Under the pieces are notes generated by a model. The model searched no databases. It worked only from the letters and a program-made list of their open reading frames with translations, and had not been told where the DNA came from. From Nanobdellati archaeon (GTDB taxonomy: Archaea > EX4484-52 > GLR71), in assembly GCA_019429125.1 (NCBI GenBank), contig JAHYJO010000004.1, positions 156-64,155 on the forward strand: DNA of 64,000 nt. The letters are read 5' to 3'. The position numbers and the translations under genes are program-made. Positions 41,481-51,215 of the stretch are shown here, one piece after another. Position 1 is the stretch's first letter. Each line of letters opens with the position of its first letter.

Positions 41481-42836
41481 ATGGATCTAAAAAAGTTGGA
41501 GCTTTTGGCTGAAAAAGTTTCGGAACCTTTAAAGAATGAAACAGGTAAGATACACGCAGTGTCGCATTTTGATGCTGATGGCATCTGCGCGGGGTCAATT
41601 GCATATCAAGCGCTTAAAGCTCTCGGCAAAGATTTTGATATAGAGTTTATCAAACAGCTCGAAGAGGATGAACTCAAGCGCATATCTCTTGTCGAGGCGG
41701 ACCTTTTCCTGTTTACTGATTTAGGTAGCGGACAGCTGGACAATATCCAAAGGTATCTTCCAGGCAAGACAATTGTCATTGCTGACCACCATGAACCTCA
41801 AGGTGAAGAGTGGGACAAGTTATATCATCTTAATTGTCATCTTGCCGGAATTGATGGCAAAGATGAAGTCAGTGGTGCAGGTGTCACCTACATATTGATG
41901 AAACACCTGACTAAAGAGATATGCCCTTATGTGTATCTTACTCTTGTGGGCGCTGCAGGTGATGTGCAGAAGAATAATGGGGAATTTAAATCTGTCAATA
42001 ATGAACTTTTGAGTGAGGCAGTCTCTCTGGACGCCATAACTATTAAGAAAGGACTGCGGCTTTTCGGTAGGTCTACAAGGCCCATTCATATGGCTTTGCG
42101 ATATTCAAATGAGATTGACCTTCCGTTTTCAGATGATGAAAGCAAATGCATTGCGTTTCTTTCAAATCTTGGTATTCCTATAATGAAAAATAATAATGAC
42201 TGGGTCACTTTAGCAGACTTGACAGATGAACAGGAAAAAAAGCTTGCAACAGCGATTATCTTAAATTCTGGCATTACGTCCAATTGCAATAATATTGTCG
42301 GTAACGTGTTTATAATCCCTACAAAACATGAGCTTCGTGAGTTTGCTACAATGCTAAATTCCTGCGGGCGCATGGGCAGTTCAATGGAAGGACTCAAGCT
42401 TTGTCTTGGCATGATTGACAGCATTGATCACATACAGAAAAAGTATAAGCGAAAGATTGCTACCTATCTTGGTTTTGTGAAAAATAAACCTGAGATGCTA
42501 AGGACTACGGAGAATGCATCATATCTTGTTGCAGGTGATGCGATTGAAGATAATTTTATAGGTACTATCATTTCAATATTGGCTAATTCATATATTGATT
42601 CAAAAATATGTTTTGGGTTAGCAAATAGTGTAAATGGTATAAAGGTATCAGGTCGCGCTGATAAGTCTCTTGAGGGCAAAGTTAACCTTAAAGAGATTGT
42701 AAGTAATGCGGTCGAAGTCACTGGAGGAGAGGGTGGAGGTCATTCATTGGCATCCGGAGCTAAGTTGCCACCCGGTGTTGCTGATGCGTTCATTGCTGAA
42801 ATCGAGAAACAATTATCTGAGATAGGACCGTTTTAG
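41481..42836 (+). CDS. RecJ-like DHH phosphoesterase (GAN/Cdc45-like)
   Basis: DHH motifs HFDADGICAG and ADHHEP plus a DHHA1-like C-terminus. The S15 / RecJ-like / S3Ae order is conserved. Confidence 0.75.
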   Translation: MDLKKLELLAEKVSEPLKNETGKIHAVSHFDADGICAGSIAYQALKALGKDFDIEFIKQLEEDELKRISLVEADLFLFTDLGSGQLDNIQRYLPGKTIVIADHHEPQGEEWDKLYHLNCHLAGIDGKDEVSGAGVTYILMKHLTKEICPYVYLTLVGAAGDVQKNNGEFKSVNNELLSEAVSLDAITIKKGLRLFGRSTRPIHMALRYSNEIDLPFSDDESKCIAFLSNLGIPIMKNNNDWVTLADLTDEQEKKLATAIILNSGITSNCNNIVGNVFIIPTKHELREFATMLNSCGRMGSSMEGLKLCLGMIDSIDHIQKKYKRKIATYLGFVKNKPEMLRTTENASYLVAGDAIEDNFIGTIISILANSYIDSKICFGLANSVNGIKVSGRADKSLEGKVNLKEIVSNAVEVTGGEGGGHSLASGAKLPPGVADAFIAEIEKQLSEIGPF

Positions 42837-42962
42837 GACTGGTAATGTTTTTGGTAATTGCAGTAAAAGACGCAACAACAAAAAAACAAAAAAGGTTTAT
42901 AAAGATTTATGGTAAACTATAGGCATTATTTTGTGTTTATAAGAAATAATTATGGTGAAACA

Positions 42963-43535
42963 ATGGCACGAAAAACAACAGGTGTAAAGAAAAAGAAGCA
43001 GAAGACATGGTACTCTATAGTGTCTCCAAAACAGTTCGGAGAGAAAGAGGTAGCTACAACTTTAGCTATTGACAGCAAGAATATTATAGGTAGGAAAGTT
43101 AATTTGCCACTTAGTGATATTACTGGTGATTTCAAGCATTTCCATACTACAGTTACTCTTAAGATTAATGATGTCAAAGACCTTAAAGCTCATACTGAAT
43201 ATAATGGTCAGAGTCTGATTAGTGATAAGATTGCAAGAATGGTTAACCGATGGAAATCCAGAATTGATGCCGTTTCTGATATCGATACAAAAGATGAGCA
43301 CAAGCTTCGTATAAAGACAATAATCATTACACGAAAACGGGTTAATACTAGTATCAAATCGGAAATCAGAAAAGCGGTTCTTATAGAGACTGGAAAGTAT
43401 TGTGAAGGTCACGATATGGAAACAATTGTATCTGATATCTTTGCAAATAAGTTACAGAAGGCATTGTTCCACGCAACTAAAAATATCTATCCTCTACAGT
43501 CTATTGAGATTAGAAAGACCGAAGTTCTTAAGTAA
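42963..43535 (+). CDS. rps3ae: Ribosomal protein S3Ae (eS1)
   Basis: MARKTTGVKKKKQKTWYSIVSPKQFG matches the S3Ae N-terminus. Confidence 0.85.
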   Translation: MARKTTGVKKKKQKTWYSIVSPKQFGEKEVATTLAIDSKNIIGRKVNLPLSDITGDFKHFHTTVTLKINDVKDLKAHTEYNGQSLISDKIARMVNRWKSRIDAVSDIDTKDEHKLRIKTIIITRKRVNTSIKSEIRKAVLIETGKYCEGHDMETIVSDIFANKLQKALFHATKNIYPLQSIEIRKTEVLK

Positions 43536-43627
43536 TTTTTTCTTTTTAAATTTTTTTTATATAATTTTTATTTTTAATGTTTAATAATCTATTTATATCG
43601 CTGAATAGAATATAATTGTAGATTAAG

Positions 43628-44188
43628 ATGTCATTCTCACATTCTAAAGACAAAGATATGATGATAGCTTTAAGGCTGTTTCAGATGATGCTTGGTGCAG
43701 GAGCAAGTATTGAAGAAGCTATGAAGTCTGTAGCGGATTCGGGATTAGGATCTGTGTCTAAATCTTTTTCTAGTATTATTAAACAATCAATTTCTAGTAG
43801 TGATATAAGTTCTGAAATAAAGAAAGAGATAAGTCATGTACATTTTTCTCCGCTTAAAAAATTACTTTTAATACTTGATATGGGTATTTCATCAGGGGGT
43901 TCTTGTGGGGACAGTTTGTTGAATCTTGCAAACATGCTCGATGAAGAAGAAAAGATTAAAAGGAAGAGTTTCTTGAAAAAGATTGCACTGGCATCTGATA
44001 TGTTGACATATGTGTCTATGTTTTCAGTAGTAGTCATCATTTTTTATCTTATGAGTGATATGATGCAGTATGGTCCATATTCAATAATTATTATAAGTTA
44101 TGAAATGGTACGTTCAATGCTTATGTTTTCGGTTTTTGCATATATTTTAATTATATTGTATATAAAAATAATAGAAGGAGTTAGATAG
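43628..44188 (+). CDS. FlaJ/TadC-like membrane platform protein, N-terminal half (T2SS-F-like domain)
   Basis: Soluble helical domain followed by TM helices. Its stop lies 1 nt before the next FlaJ-like ORF, which is in a different frame. Confidence 0.5.
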   Translation: MSFSHSKDKDMMIALRLFQMMLGAGASIEEAMKSVADSGLGSVSKSFSSIIKQSISSSDISSEIKKEISHVHFSPLKKLLLILDMGISSGGSCGDSLLNLANMLDEEEKIKRKSFLKKIALASDMLTYVSMFSVVVIIFYLMSDMMQYGPYSIIIISYEMVRSMLMFSVFAYILIILYIKIIEGVR

Positions 44189-44189
44189 T

Positions 44190-44852
44190 ATGATTTTTGA
44201 ATATGTATTTATTGGTTCTTTATTTTTGTATGTCATACAATCTTATGTATTAACGGGGAAAAAGAATTATGATAAATCTGTCTTTGAAAGTGCGGAGATT
44301 TTATCTCACAAACTTCGTGATGGTTTGTCAATTGAATCGTCAATTGAATTTATATCAAAGTCTGACCTTAAATGTAGAGGTTTGTTTGAAAGTATTTTAG
44401 GGAGGATGGAAAGAGGAGATAATTTATCTATTTCATCTGATTATATTGCTAAAAAATATGGTAATTGTCCTTCAGGATATCTTGCAAAAATTATAGGGTG
44501 TGCAAGTAAATATAATCAGAATATATCTGAAATATTTATTGAGTTTTTCAATGATATGAAATCTGCATACATGATTGTTGAAGAAAGAAAAAAAGAGTTG
44601 GTGACTCAGAGTTTTATAGTATTTCTTATAGGTTGTGTGATGGTACCATCTGCAATAGTTATGATGTCATCTATGTTTAATATTGAGATTGCATTTTTTA
44701 TAATCGTGTTTTTGCTGGTACAGTCTTATTTTACATCTGTTGCAAGTGTAGTTGTGGGTGGTGAATTCTCTGACATGATATTTATGGTTCCTCTTGGGAT
44801 GTCAATTACAATACTTATTATAAAATATGGTTTGGGTGGTGGTGGGTTATAG
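44190..44852 (+). CDS. FlaJ/TadB-like membrane platform protein, second half
   Basis: Second T2SS-F-like unit. Either a genuinely split platform or a frameshifted FlaJ. Confidence 0.5.
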   Translation: MIFEYVFIGSLFLYVIQSYVLTGKKNYDKSVFESAEILSHKLRDGLSIESSIEFISKSDLKCRGLFESILGRMERGDNLSISSDYIAKKYGNCPSGYLAKIIGCASKYNQNISEIFIEFFNDMKSAYMIVEERKKELVTQSFIVFLIGCVMVPSAIVMMSSMFNIEIAFFIIVFLLVQSYFTSVASVVVGGEFSDMIFMVPLGMSITILIIKYGLGGGGL

Positions 44853-44908
44853 GAGAAATTATTGTTTCTGATCTTGGTAATGCTCTCGTTTATAGACGTT
44901 CGGACTGC

Positions 44909-46054
44909 GTGATGTTATATAATCTTAAAGAGATAGTTTCTGAAGGCGATTTATGCGTACTTTCTGGTTTTTTTACAGATGATAATATTGAAGAGATAAT
45001 GCATGATGGTGTTTTGGGTTGTGTCAAGATATATCATGCACAATTTGGGATGTGTGAGACAAATGTACAGCTTTCATCAGAAGCTGTGGATCAAATAATC
45101 AATAATGTGGTGGCTTTTAACGGAAAAGTCTTATCATCTTCAATGCCTTTATTTGATGGGATACTTTTTGATGGGAGTAGGATAAATATAGTTTTAGCGC
45201 CTATTGCGGTCAATGGTCCTGCGATAACTATTAGGAAATTTAAAAAACAGGTGATGACAGCAGGTGATCTTGTTAATTCTGGTGTGATGAATTCTGAAGT
45301 ATGCGCATTTCTATGGTGCTGTCTTGACGGTCTTTCACATAAGCCTGCAAATATACTTTTTTCTGGGGGGACATCATCTGGAAAGACTACACTGCTTAAT
45401 GCTGTCTCTATGTTTATACCTTCAAGGGCGCGTATAGTGACAATTGAGGATACACCCGAGTTACGGTTGCCTTTTTCTAATATCGTGCGGCTTGAGACGT
45501 CTTTTGAGCCTTTAATTGATATGGATATGTTACTTAGGAATACGTTGAGGATGAGGCCGGACAGGATTATTGTCGGGGAGGTTCGTGGTCCTGAATGTAA
45601 GTCGCTTTTCACTGCGATGAACACGGGTCATGAGGGTTGTATGGGAACAATACATGCAAATGATGCGCGTGAGACTATTGAGAAAGTTGTTAATCCACCG
45701 ATGGAGGTGCCACCTGTGATGTTGAAAGCACTTGATTTAATTGTAATGGTTTCTAGAAAAAATATTGGTGGCACGATAATCCGTGTGATAACTGAGATTA
45801 GTGAGATGGGGGGGGTTGAGAATGGTGTTCCTCGGTTAAATACTATCTATACGTTTGATCCAAATAAGGGTGAGTTGAGGCGTACTGGGGTTCCTAGTAA
45901 AATTAGGACAAAGATTGCTGATGCGTGCGGTATGGCTCCTGCTGATTTTGATAAGATATTGAGGGAGCGTACAGGCGTGATTGATAACCTTTGCAGGTTA
46001 AGACTTGATGTTTCAGGGTTTAAGAAGGCAGTTGATGAAGGGAATGGGATTTAG
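44909..46054 (+). CDS. FlaI/PilT/VirB11-family secretion ATPase
   Basis: Walker A FSGGTSSGKTTLLNA, Asp/His boxes (RPDRIIVGEVRG; TGHEGCMGTIHAN). Confidence 0.75.
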   Translation: MMLYNLKEIVSEGDLCVLSGFFTDDNIEEIMHDGVLGCVKIYHAQFGMCETNVQLSSEAVDQIINNVVAFNGKVLSSSMPLFDGILFDGSRINIVLAPIAVNGPAITIRKFKKQVMTAGDLVNSGVMNSEVCAFLWCCLDGLSHKPANILFSGGTSSGKTTLLNAVSMFIPSRARIVTIEDTPELRLPFSNIVRLETSFEPLIDMDMLLRNTLRMRPDRIIVGEVRGPECKSLFTAMNTGHEGCMGTIHANDARETIEKVVNPPMEVPPVMLKALDLIVMVSRKNIGGTIIRVITEISEMGGVENGVPRLNTIYTFDPNKGELRRTGVPSKIRTKIADACGMAPADFDKILRERTGVIDNLCRLRLDVSGFKKAVDEGNGI

Positions 46055-46480
46055 TTATTTTATATAATTAATAATTACTGAATATTTGTCGTTGTCTATT
46101 ATGAAATATGATTGGGGTGGGGCGAAGTTTGGTACGAGTTCTCTTAATTTTTTGAGTGGTATAGGATTGTTTAACATTTGTATTTCTTTTATTGGTAGTG
46201 CATAACAGGTCTTTGAGCCTTTGAAATAATCTTTTATTGCTTTGTCGTTGCTGAAATTGTGTGTTTGTCTTAAGGCAAGCATATCATCTATAGTTCCTTT
46301 AATGGGTGGGCCGAATTTGATAATTGTGGTAACTTTTTTTATTGGGCTTGAGACATAAATCAAAGAATAAAAGTCATGGTCAACTTTTAAGAATCTGCGC
46401 CTGAACTCGTGCAGTTTGATCTTGTCTTCTATTGCATTCATGTATTGTTCTTTGAGGCTTAGCATGAATTCTATCTGCAT
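46055..46480 (-). CDS. ASCH/PUA-like domain protein (hypothetical)
   Basis: About 140 aa beta-barrel-like ORF. Weak assignment. Confidence 0.3.
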   Translation of the reverse strand: MQIEFMLSLKEQYMNAIEDKIKLHEFRRRFLKVDHDFYSLIYVSSPIKKVTTIIKFGPPIKGTIDDMLALRQTHNFSNDKAIKDYFKGSKTCYALPIKEIQMLNNPIPLKKLRELVPNFAPPQSYFIIDNDKYSVIINYIK

Positions 46481-46483
46481 CTG

Positions 46484-46936
46484 TTAACATTCTCCAGATA
46501 AATAAGAGGATACAAGAGGGTTTTTACAGGCGGCGCATGAGTTTGAGAAAGTCTCTTTTATTGAGTCACAAGGCGTGGTAATGCATTGTATGTTGACTGT
46601 TGCGCACACAGGATCGTAGAGTGTGATACACATATCTACATTTCTTTGGTCATCTGTGCATTTAACTGATATATCTTCTATATATGTGATACCGTCTGCG
46701 TTGCATTTTCGTGGGTAGCTTTCCATGATTGGGTTGCCGGCGGCTGCGCAAGTTTCAAAAGAATATATCTTGTCAAATGTTATGTCGCCTATTGGGCATA
46801 TTTCTGAGTCTGTGTTTTCTGTTTCGCAGTCGTTTTGTATATATTGATTGTTGTTTTGTTCTAAAATTATGAATGCGGTTGCTGTTATTAGAAGTAATGA
46901 GATTATGATTAGTGTCTTTTTTATTTTGGCTTTCAT
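46484..46936 (-). CDS. Secreted cysteine-rich protein with Kazal-like motif
   Basis: Signal peptide MKAKIKKTLIIISLLLITATAF, then a 14-Cys body with YDPVCATVNIQCITTPCDSIKETFSNSCAAC and C..ADGITY. Confidence 0.45.
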   Translation of the reverse strand: MKAKIKKTLIIISLLLITATAFIILEQNNNQYIQNDCETENTDSEICPIGDITFDKIYSFETCAAAGNPIMESYPRKCNADGITYIEDISVKCTDDQRNVDMCITLYDPVCATVNIQCITTPCDSIKETFSNSCAACKNPLVSSYLSGEC

Positions 46937-47000
46937 GTTAATATTTAGAGGATTTAGTTTTTATATTTAGGGGTTTTGTGTTTATTAGAATGGAATATTT

Positions 47001-49274
47001 TTATTCTGTTTTTTTCGTAGGAACAGTTGACTTCTTTGATATAGGAATAACTTTCTTCTTTGCCGGGAACTTCTTGACATTGTCTTTGCCGTCTAGGCGC
47101 TCGGTATATTTGCATTTAGGGTATCCACTGCATCCTAAGAACTTTCCGTAGATGCTACTTCTAAGTATCAGTTTGGATTTGCATTTAGGGCAGTTCTTGA
47201 CAAGTGTGCCGTTCTCAATTTCTTTAACTTCTTCGGTTGAGCCTGCGTTTTCAATCTTTTTTGATGGGCATTTTGGGTTGATGCACAATTGTTGTGGTTT
47301 CTTGCCTTTATTGACTATGCTGATTAACGGGAAACTGCACTGCTCGCATTCTTTCTTTAGGCTTTTTATCATGCCATTTTTTGGAAGTGAATATGTGGCT
47401 TTGCAGTCTGGGTATTTGTCGCAGGCAATGAACCTGCCAAACTTAGACCTTTTCATCATAAGTGTGCCGTCACTGCAGACTTTACAGGGGCCGATAGTGC
47501 TTTCCTCGTTCTGTGTCTCTCTTGTCGCTTTTACAAGTGAGAGACCAATCTCTTTTTCGTGCTCTTTGTATTTTTTTAGGATGCCTGTGAGTTCTTTTTC
47601 TGCCTTGTTTATAATATTTTCGCTTAATTCTTTTTCGTGTTCTATGTCATCCATGTGCTGTTCGAAAGTTCGTGTTAACTCCTCTGAGATTATCTCAGGA
47701 CAGTATTTTTCTAGCGTGTCAATAACTGTTAGGCCAAGGTCTGTGACTTCAATACGTTTTTCCATCAGGTAGTCTCTCTTGTAAAGATTGTTGATGATTT
47801 CTGCGCGTGTGGCTTTTGTGCCTAAGTTTCTTTTTTCTAATTCTTTTATGATGGATGACTCGTTGTATCTGTTTGGTGGTTTTGTCTCTCTGTTTAAAAG
47901 CGTAATCTTTTTGTTTGTTACAGTCTCGCCGTTTGTCATTTGTGGCAGTGTGACTTCTTCAAGTTTGACATATGGTTCGTAAAGGTCAAACCAACCATTT
48001 TCTATTGTTCTTTTTCCTTCGGTCTGGAATTTGTGGGTGTTGACGTCAAGGACTATCTTTGAGGATTGGCGCGTGGCAGGAGTTCCGAAAGTTGCAAAGA
48101 ATCTTTTGACAATTAAGTCGTATATCTTCTTGTCACGGCCGATAAGACCTTTTGGTATTTCGCCTGTAGGGTGTATTGGTGGGTGTGCGTCGTCTGTCTT
48201 TGTACCGTTGTTAGGTACTAATTTTGGCAGCGCTAAAAGATGTTTTGCTTTGTTTGTGTATTCTGTGTTTTTTGATAGTTTTTCAAGTATTTCTCTGAAA
48301 CATAGTTTTGGGTCTAATATCTGTGAGCTTGTCCTTGGGTATGATATGACTGCCATCTCATAAAGTTTTTGGGCAATAGCTTGTGTGTCTCTTGGGACTA
48401 TGCTGAACAGTTTGTGAGCTTCAACTTGTAAGTCTGTAAGGTTGAATGGGGTAGGTGGTTTTTGTTTGTAATTTTTGTTAATTTGCTCTATTACTTTTGC
48501 GTCTTTTCCAGTCGTTTCTGAGACTATCTTTTCTCCATCTTTTTTGTCAAGTATTTTGTCGTTTTCATATAATGCCTTGAATTGTGGTGTGTCCATCTCA
48601 ATTTGCCAGAATGGTGTGGATATGAATGCCTGGATTTCTCTTTCTCTTTTTGCAAGGAATGCGAGTGCTGGGCCCTGGACACGACCTGCGCTTAATACTT
48701 TGTAGGTTCCTGCTGTCTTGACTGCTATTGTTAGTGCGCGCGAGATGTTTATACCAAAATAGAAGTCGAGCGTGTGTCTTGTTACACCTGCGTTTGCAAG
48801 ACCGAAGTTTATGTGTGGTTTTGCGTTGTCGTAAGCGTTAATAAGATCTTGTTTTGTTAGTGTGGAAAACTCCATCCGTTTTGCGTCTGTGGTTTTGCAG
48901 ATGTTTTTTAGAATTGTGTAGGCTATTGTCTCTCCCTCTATATCAAGGTCGGTCGCCACTATAAATTTGTCTGCATCTTTTGATAATTTGTTTAGCATGT
49001 CATAATATTTTTTTGCGTATCCTGCATTTTTTGATATTTTAAATGTCGGTTGCCATTCAGTGTCAAATACTGGGTATGTCCAGCTTTTGCTTTTTTGCGC
49101 TAGTCCGAAAAGGTGACCCACTGCGGGCGCAACAAGTATTTTTTCGCCTTTTCTCTCAATCTCCATGTAGCTGACGTCGCCTGCTTTTAAGATTTTGACA
49201 CCTTTTTCTGCTATGGCTTCGGCTATCTTTCGTGCAGCGGATGGTTTTTCTGAAATTATTAGCGAGTAAGACAT
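47001..49274 (-). CDS. topA: DNA topoisomerase I (type IA) with C-terminal zinc ribbons
   Basis: Toprim N-terminus MSYSLIISEKPSAARKIA, an active-site region and multiple CxxC...CxxC C-terminal ribbons. Confidence 0.85.
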   Translation of the reverse strand: MSYSLIISEKPSAARKIAEAIAEKGVKILKAGDVSYMEIERKGEKILVAPAVGHLFGLAQKSKSWTYPVFDTEWQPTFKISKNAGYAKKYYDMLNKLSKDADKFIVATDLDIEGETIAYTILKNICKTTDAKRMEFSTLTKQDLINAYDNAKPHINFGLANAGVTRHTLDFYFGINISRALTIAVKTAGTYKVLSAGRVQGPALAFLAKREREIQAFISTPFWQIEMDTPQFKALYENDKILDKKDGEKIVSETTGKDAKVIEQINKNYKQKPPTPFNLTDLQVEAHKLFSIVPRDTQAIAQKLYEMAVISYPRTSSQILDPKLCFREILEKLSKNTEYTNKAKHLLALPKLVPNNGTKTDDAHPPIHPTGEIPKGLIGRDKKIYDLIVKRFFATFGTPATRQSSKIVLDVNTHKFQTEGKRTIENGWFDLYEPYVKLEEVTLPQMTNGETVTNKKITLLNRETKPPNRYNESSIIKELEKRNLGTKATRAEIINNLYKRDYLMEKRIEVTDLGLTVIDTLEKYCPEIISEELTRTFEQHMDDIEHEKELSENIINKAEKELTGILKKYKEHEKEIGLSLVKATRETQNEESTIGPCKVCSDGTLMMKRSKFGRFIACDKYPDCKATYSLPKNGMIKSLKKECEQCSFPLISIVNKGKKPQQLCINPKCPSKKIENAGSTEEVKEIENGTLVKNCPKCKSKLILRSSIYGKFLGCSGYPKCKYTERLDGKDNVKKFPAKKKVIPISKKSTVPTKKTE

Positions 49275-49582
49275 TAATATGGATTGATGTCTGGTGTTTT
49301 TATATGTTTTTGGGTTTTTTGGGATTTTTTGTTAGTGAAAAAAAGGAGCATTAGAAAAGTGGGGTTATTTTATTGAATATTTAGGATATAAATATTTAGA
49401 ATCCAAAATATGTTTATATGCGCTTTAGTTTTTTCTATTTTTTAAGAACATTTGAGAGAAATATCATATGTTTGTTGTAACGTAACAGGTCAAATTTTTG
49501 GGTAGGAGGGTTATATCATTTTATATTTTTTTTGTTTTATGTGTAGGTAATGTTTATATTGATTTGGCGTTGTTTTTATAGT

Positions 49583-49987
49583 ATGAAAATTATCATTGAG
49601 ACGCCTAAATATTCTTTCTTTAAGTATGCTGAAGTTGGGTCTGGTGCATTTAGGAAAGTCATGTTCTCGCCGATTCCTACAATATTTAATTATGGTTTTA
49701 TTTCTGGCACCAAAGCGCAAGATGGCATGGAGCAGGATGTCGTAGTTATCGGGCCAATGATGCGCCAAGGTACAATCATTGAGATGGAGGATAATAAGAA
49801 GTTTGATGGAGTGGTACATTTCGTTGATGATTCTAAAGTTGATGATAAGATGATTGTATATGTTAGTGGGTTTAAGAGTAAGTATGTCTTATCGTTGTAT
49901 TTTAGAATGTATGCGCTTTATAAGAGGTTTTTGTATCTCGTGTTAAAAAGAAAGATTTCAAAGTGTAGGTTTGAAGGGATTGAGTGA
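49583..49987 (+). CDS. ppa: Family I inorganic pyrophosphatase-like protein (short, divergent)
   Basis: IETPKYS..KYAE...FRKV...NYGFISGT..DG.EQDVVV...DDK align to the PPase core. One canonical Asp is replaced (DGMEQD in place of DGDPLD). Confidence 0.5.
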   Translation: MKIIIETPKYSFFKYAEVGSGAFRKVMFSPIPTIFNYGFISGTKAQDGMEQDVVVIGPMMRQGTIIEMEDNKKFDGVVHFVDDSKVDDKMIVYVSGFKSKYVLSLYFRMYALYKRFLYLVLKRKISKCRFEGIE

Positions 49988-50058
49988 AATTTGTAAATTT
50001 ATTGTCTTTAATCAAAATACCTCTTAAACATATAAAATTAATTCTTTTAATCTTAATC

Positions 50059-51099
50059 ATGGAAGACACAATCATAATTGATGGCGCGCACGGTGAAGGT
50101 GGAGGACAAGTAATAAGAACTTCTGTGGCGCTATCTGCGCTGACACAAAGATCTGTCAAGATTAATAACATTCGCGCAAATAGATGCATACCCGGGCTTC
50201 GTGCGCAACACGTGTCTGGAATTATTGCAGTTGCAAAATTGTGTGGCGCTGAAACAAAAGATGTTATTATTGGTTCTAAAGCTGTTGAATTCAATCCTAA
50301 AATGATTGAGACCAAACATATTGATGTGGATATTGCAACGGCAGGATCAATTGGTCTTGTGCTTCAGGCGTTACTTATTCCTACAATGCATGTAAAAGAT
50401 AAGATTAAAATTAATATCAATGGTGGCGCAGTATTTGGTAAATGGTCACCGCCACTTCTTTATACTAAACATGTACTTTTTCCTATTCTTTCTAAGATGG
50501 GCTATCGCGTGGATATGGATATTGTGAAATATGGATATTATCCTAAAGGTGGGTCAGAAGTCAAGGTTGTTGTGCATCCTGTAAAAGAATTGAAAGCGCT
50601 TAATCTTTCTTCTCGTGGTAAGTTGATTAAGATTTCAGGGATTGCGCATTCGTCATCAGCATTGAAAAAAGGTAAGGTGTCTGAACGTGAAGTAATGTCT
50701 GCTGAAAGGTTTTTGTCTAAAAAGTATGATGTTCCAATTAGCATAGATATATGTTATTCTGAAACCGAATCACCGGGAACGTCAATTGTTATTTGGGCGG
50801 AATTTGAAAATACTGTACTTGGAGCTGATGAGTTGGGTCACGTTGGTGTGCGCGCTGAAATTGTCGGGCAGAGGGCGGCTGAGAAATTATCAGGGTTTAT
50901 TGAATCTGGCGCGACAGTTGACGAATATATGGGTGACCAGTTGCCACCGTATGTGGCTTTTGCTAAAGGTCGGTCGTGTTATAGTGTGTCTGCTTTGACA
51001 GGGCACGTGAAGACTAATATTGATATTGTTGGTAAATTTTCTGAGAGGAAATTTGAGTTTTTAGAGAAGGACGGAAATGTAATAATTTCTGTTAAATGA
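50059..51099 (+). CDS. rtcA: RNA 3'-terminal phosphate cyclase
   Basis: IIDGAHGEGGGQVIRTSVALSAL with the catalytic His region. Confidence 0.85.
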   Translation: MEDTIIIDGAHGEGGGQVIRTSVALSALTQRSVKINNIRANRCIPGLRAQHVSGIIAVAKLCGAETKDVIIGSKAVEFNPKMIETKHIDVDIATAGSIGLVLQALLIPTMHVKDKIKININGGAVFGKWSPPLLYTKHVLFPILSKMGYRVDMDIVKYGYYPKGGSEVKVVVHPVKELKALNLSSRGKLIKISGIAHSSSALKKGKVSEREVMSAERFLSKKYDVPISIDICYSETESPGTSIVIWAEFENTVLGADELGHVGVRAEIVGQRAAEKLSGFIESGATVDEYMGDQLPPYVAFAKGRSCYSVSALTGHVKTNIDIVGKFSERKFEFLEKDGNVIISVK

Positions 51100-51215
51100 A
51101 GATTAGATTAATAAATTATAGAGGCCTGTTATATTGTATGTGTCATCAGGCATGTTTTTTAATGTTGATGCAGATTATTGTGTTTAAGGATGTATTATAA
51201 AATAAGTGATTTTGT

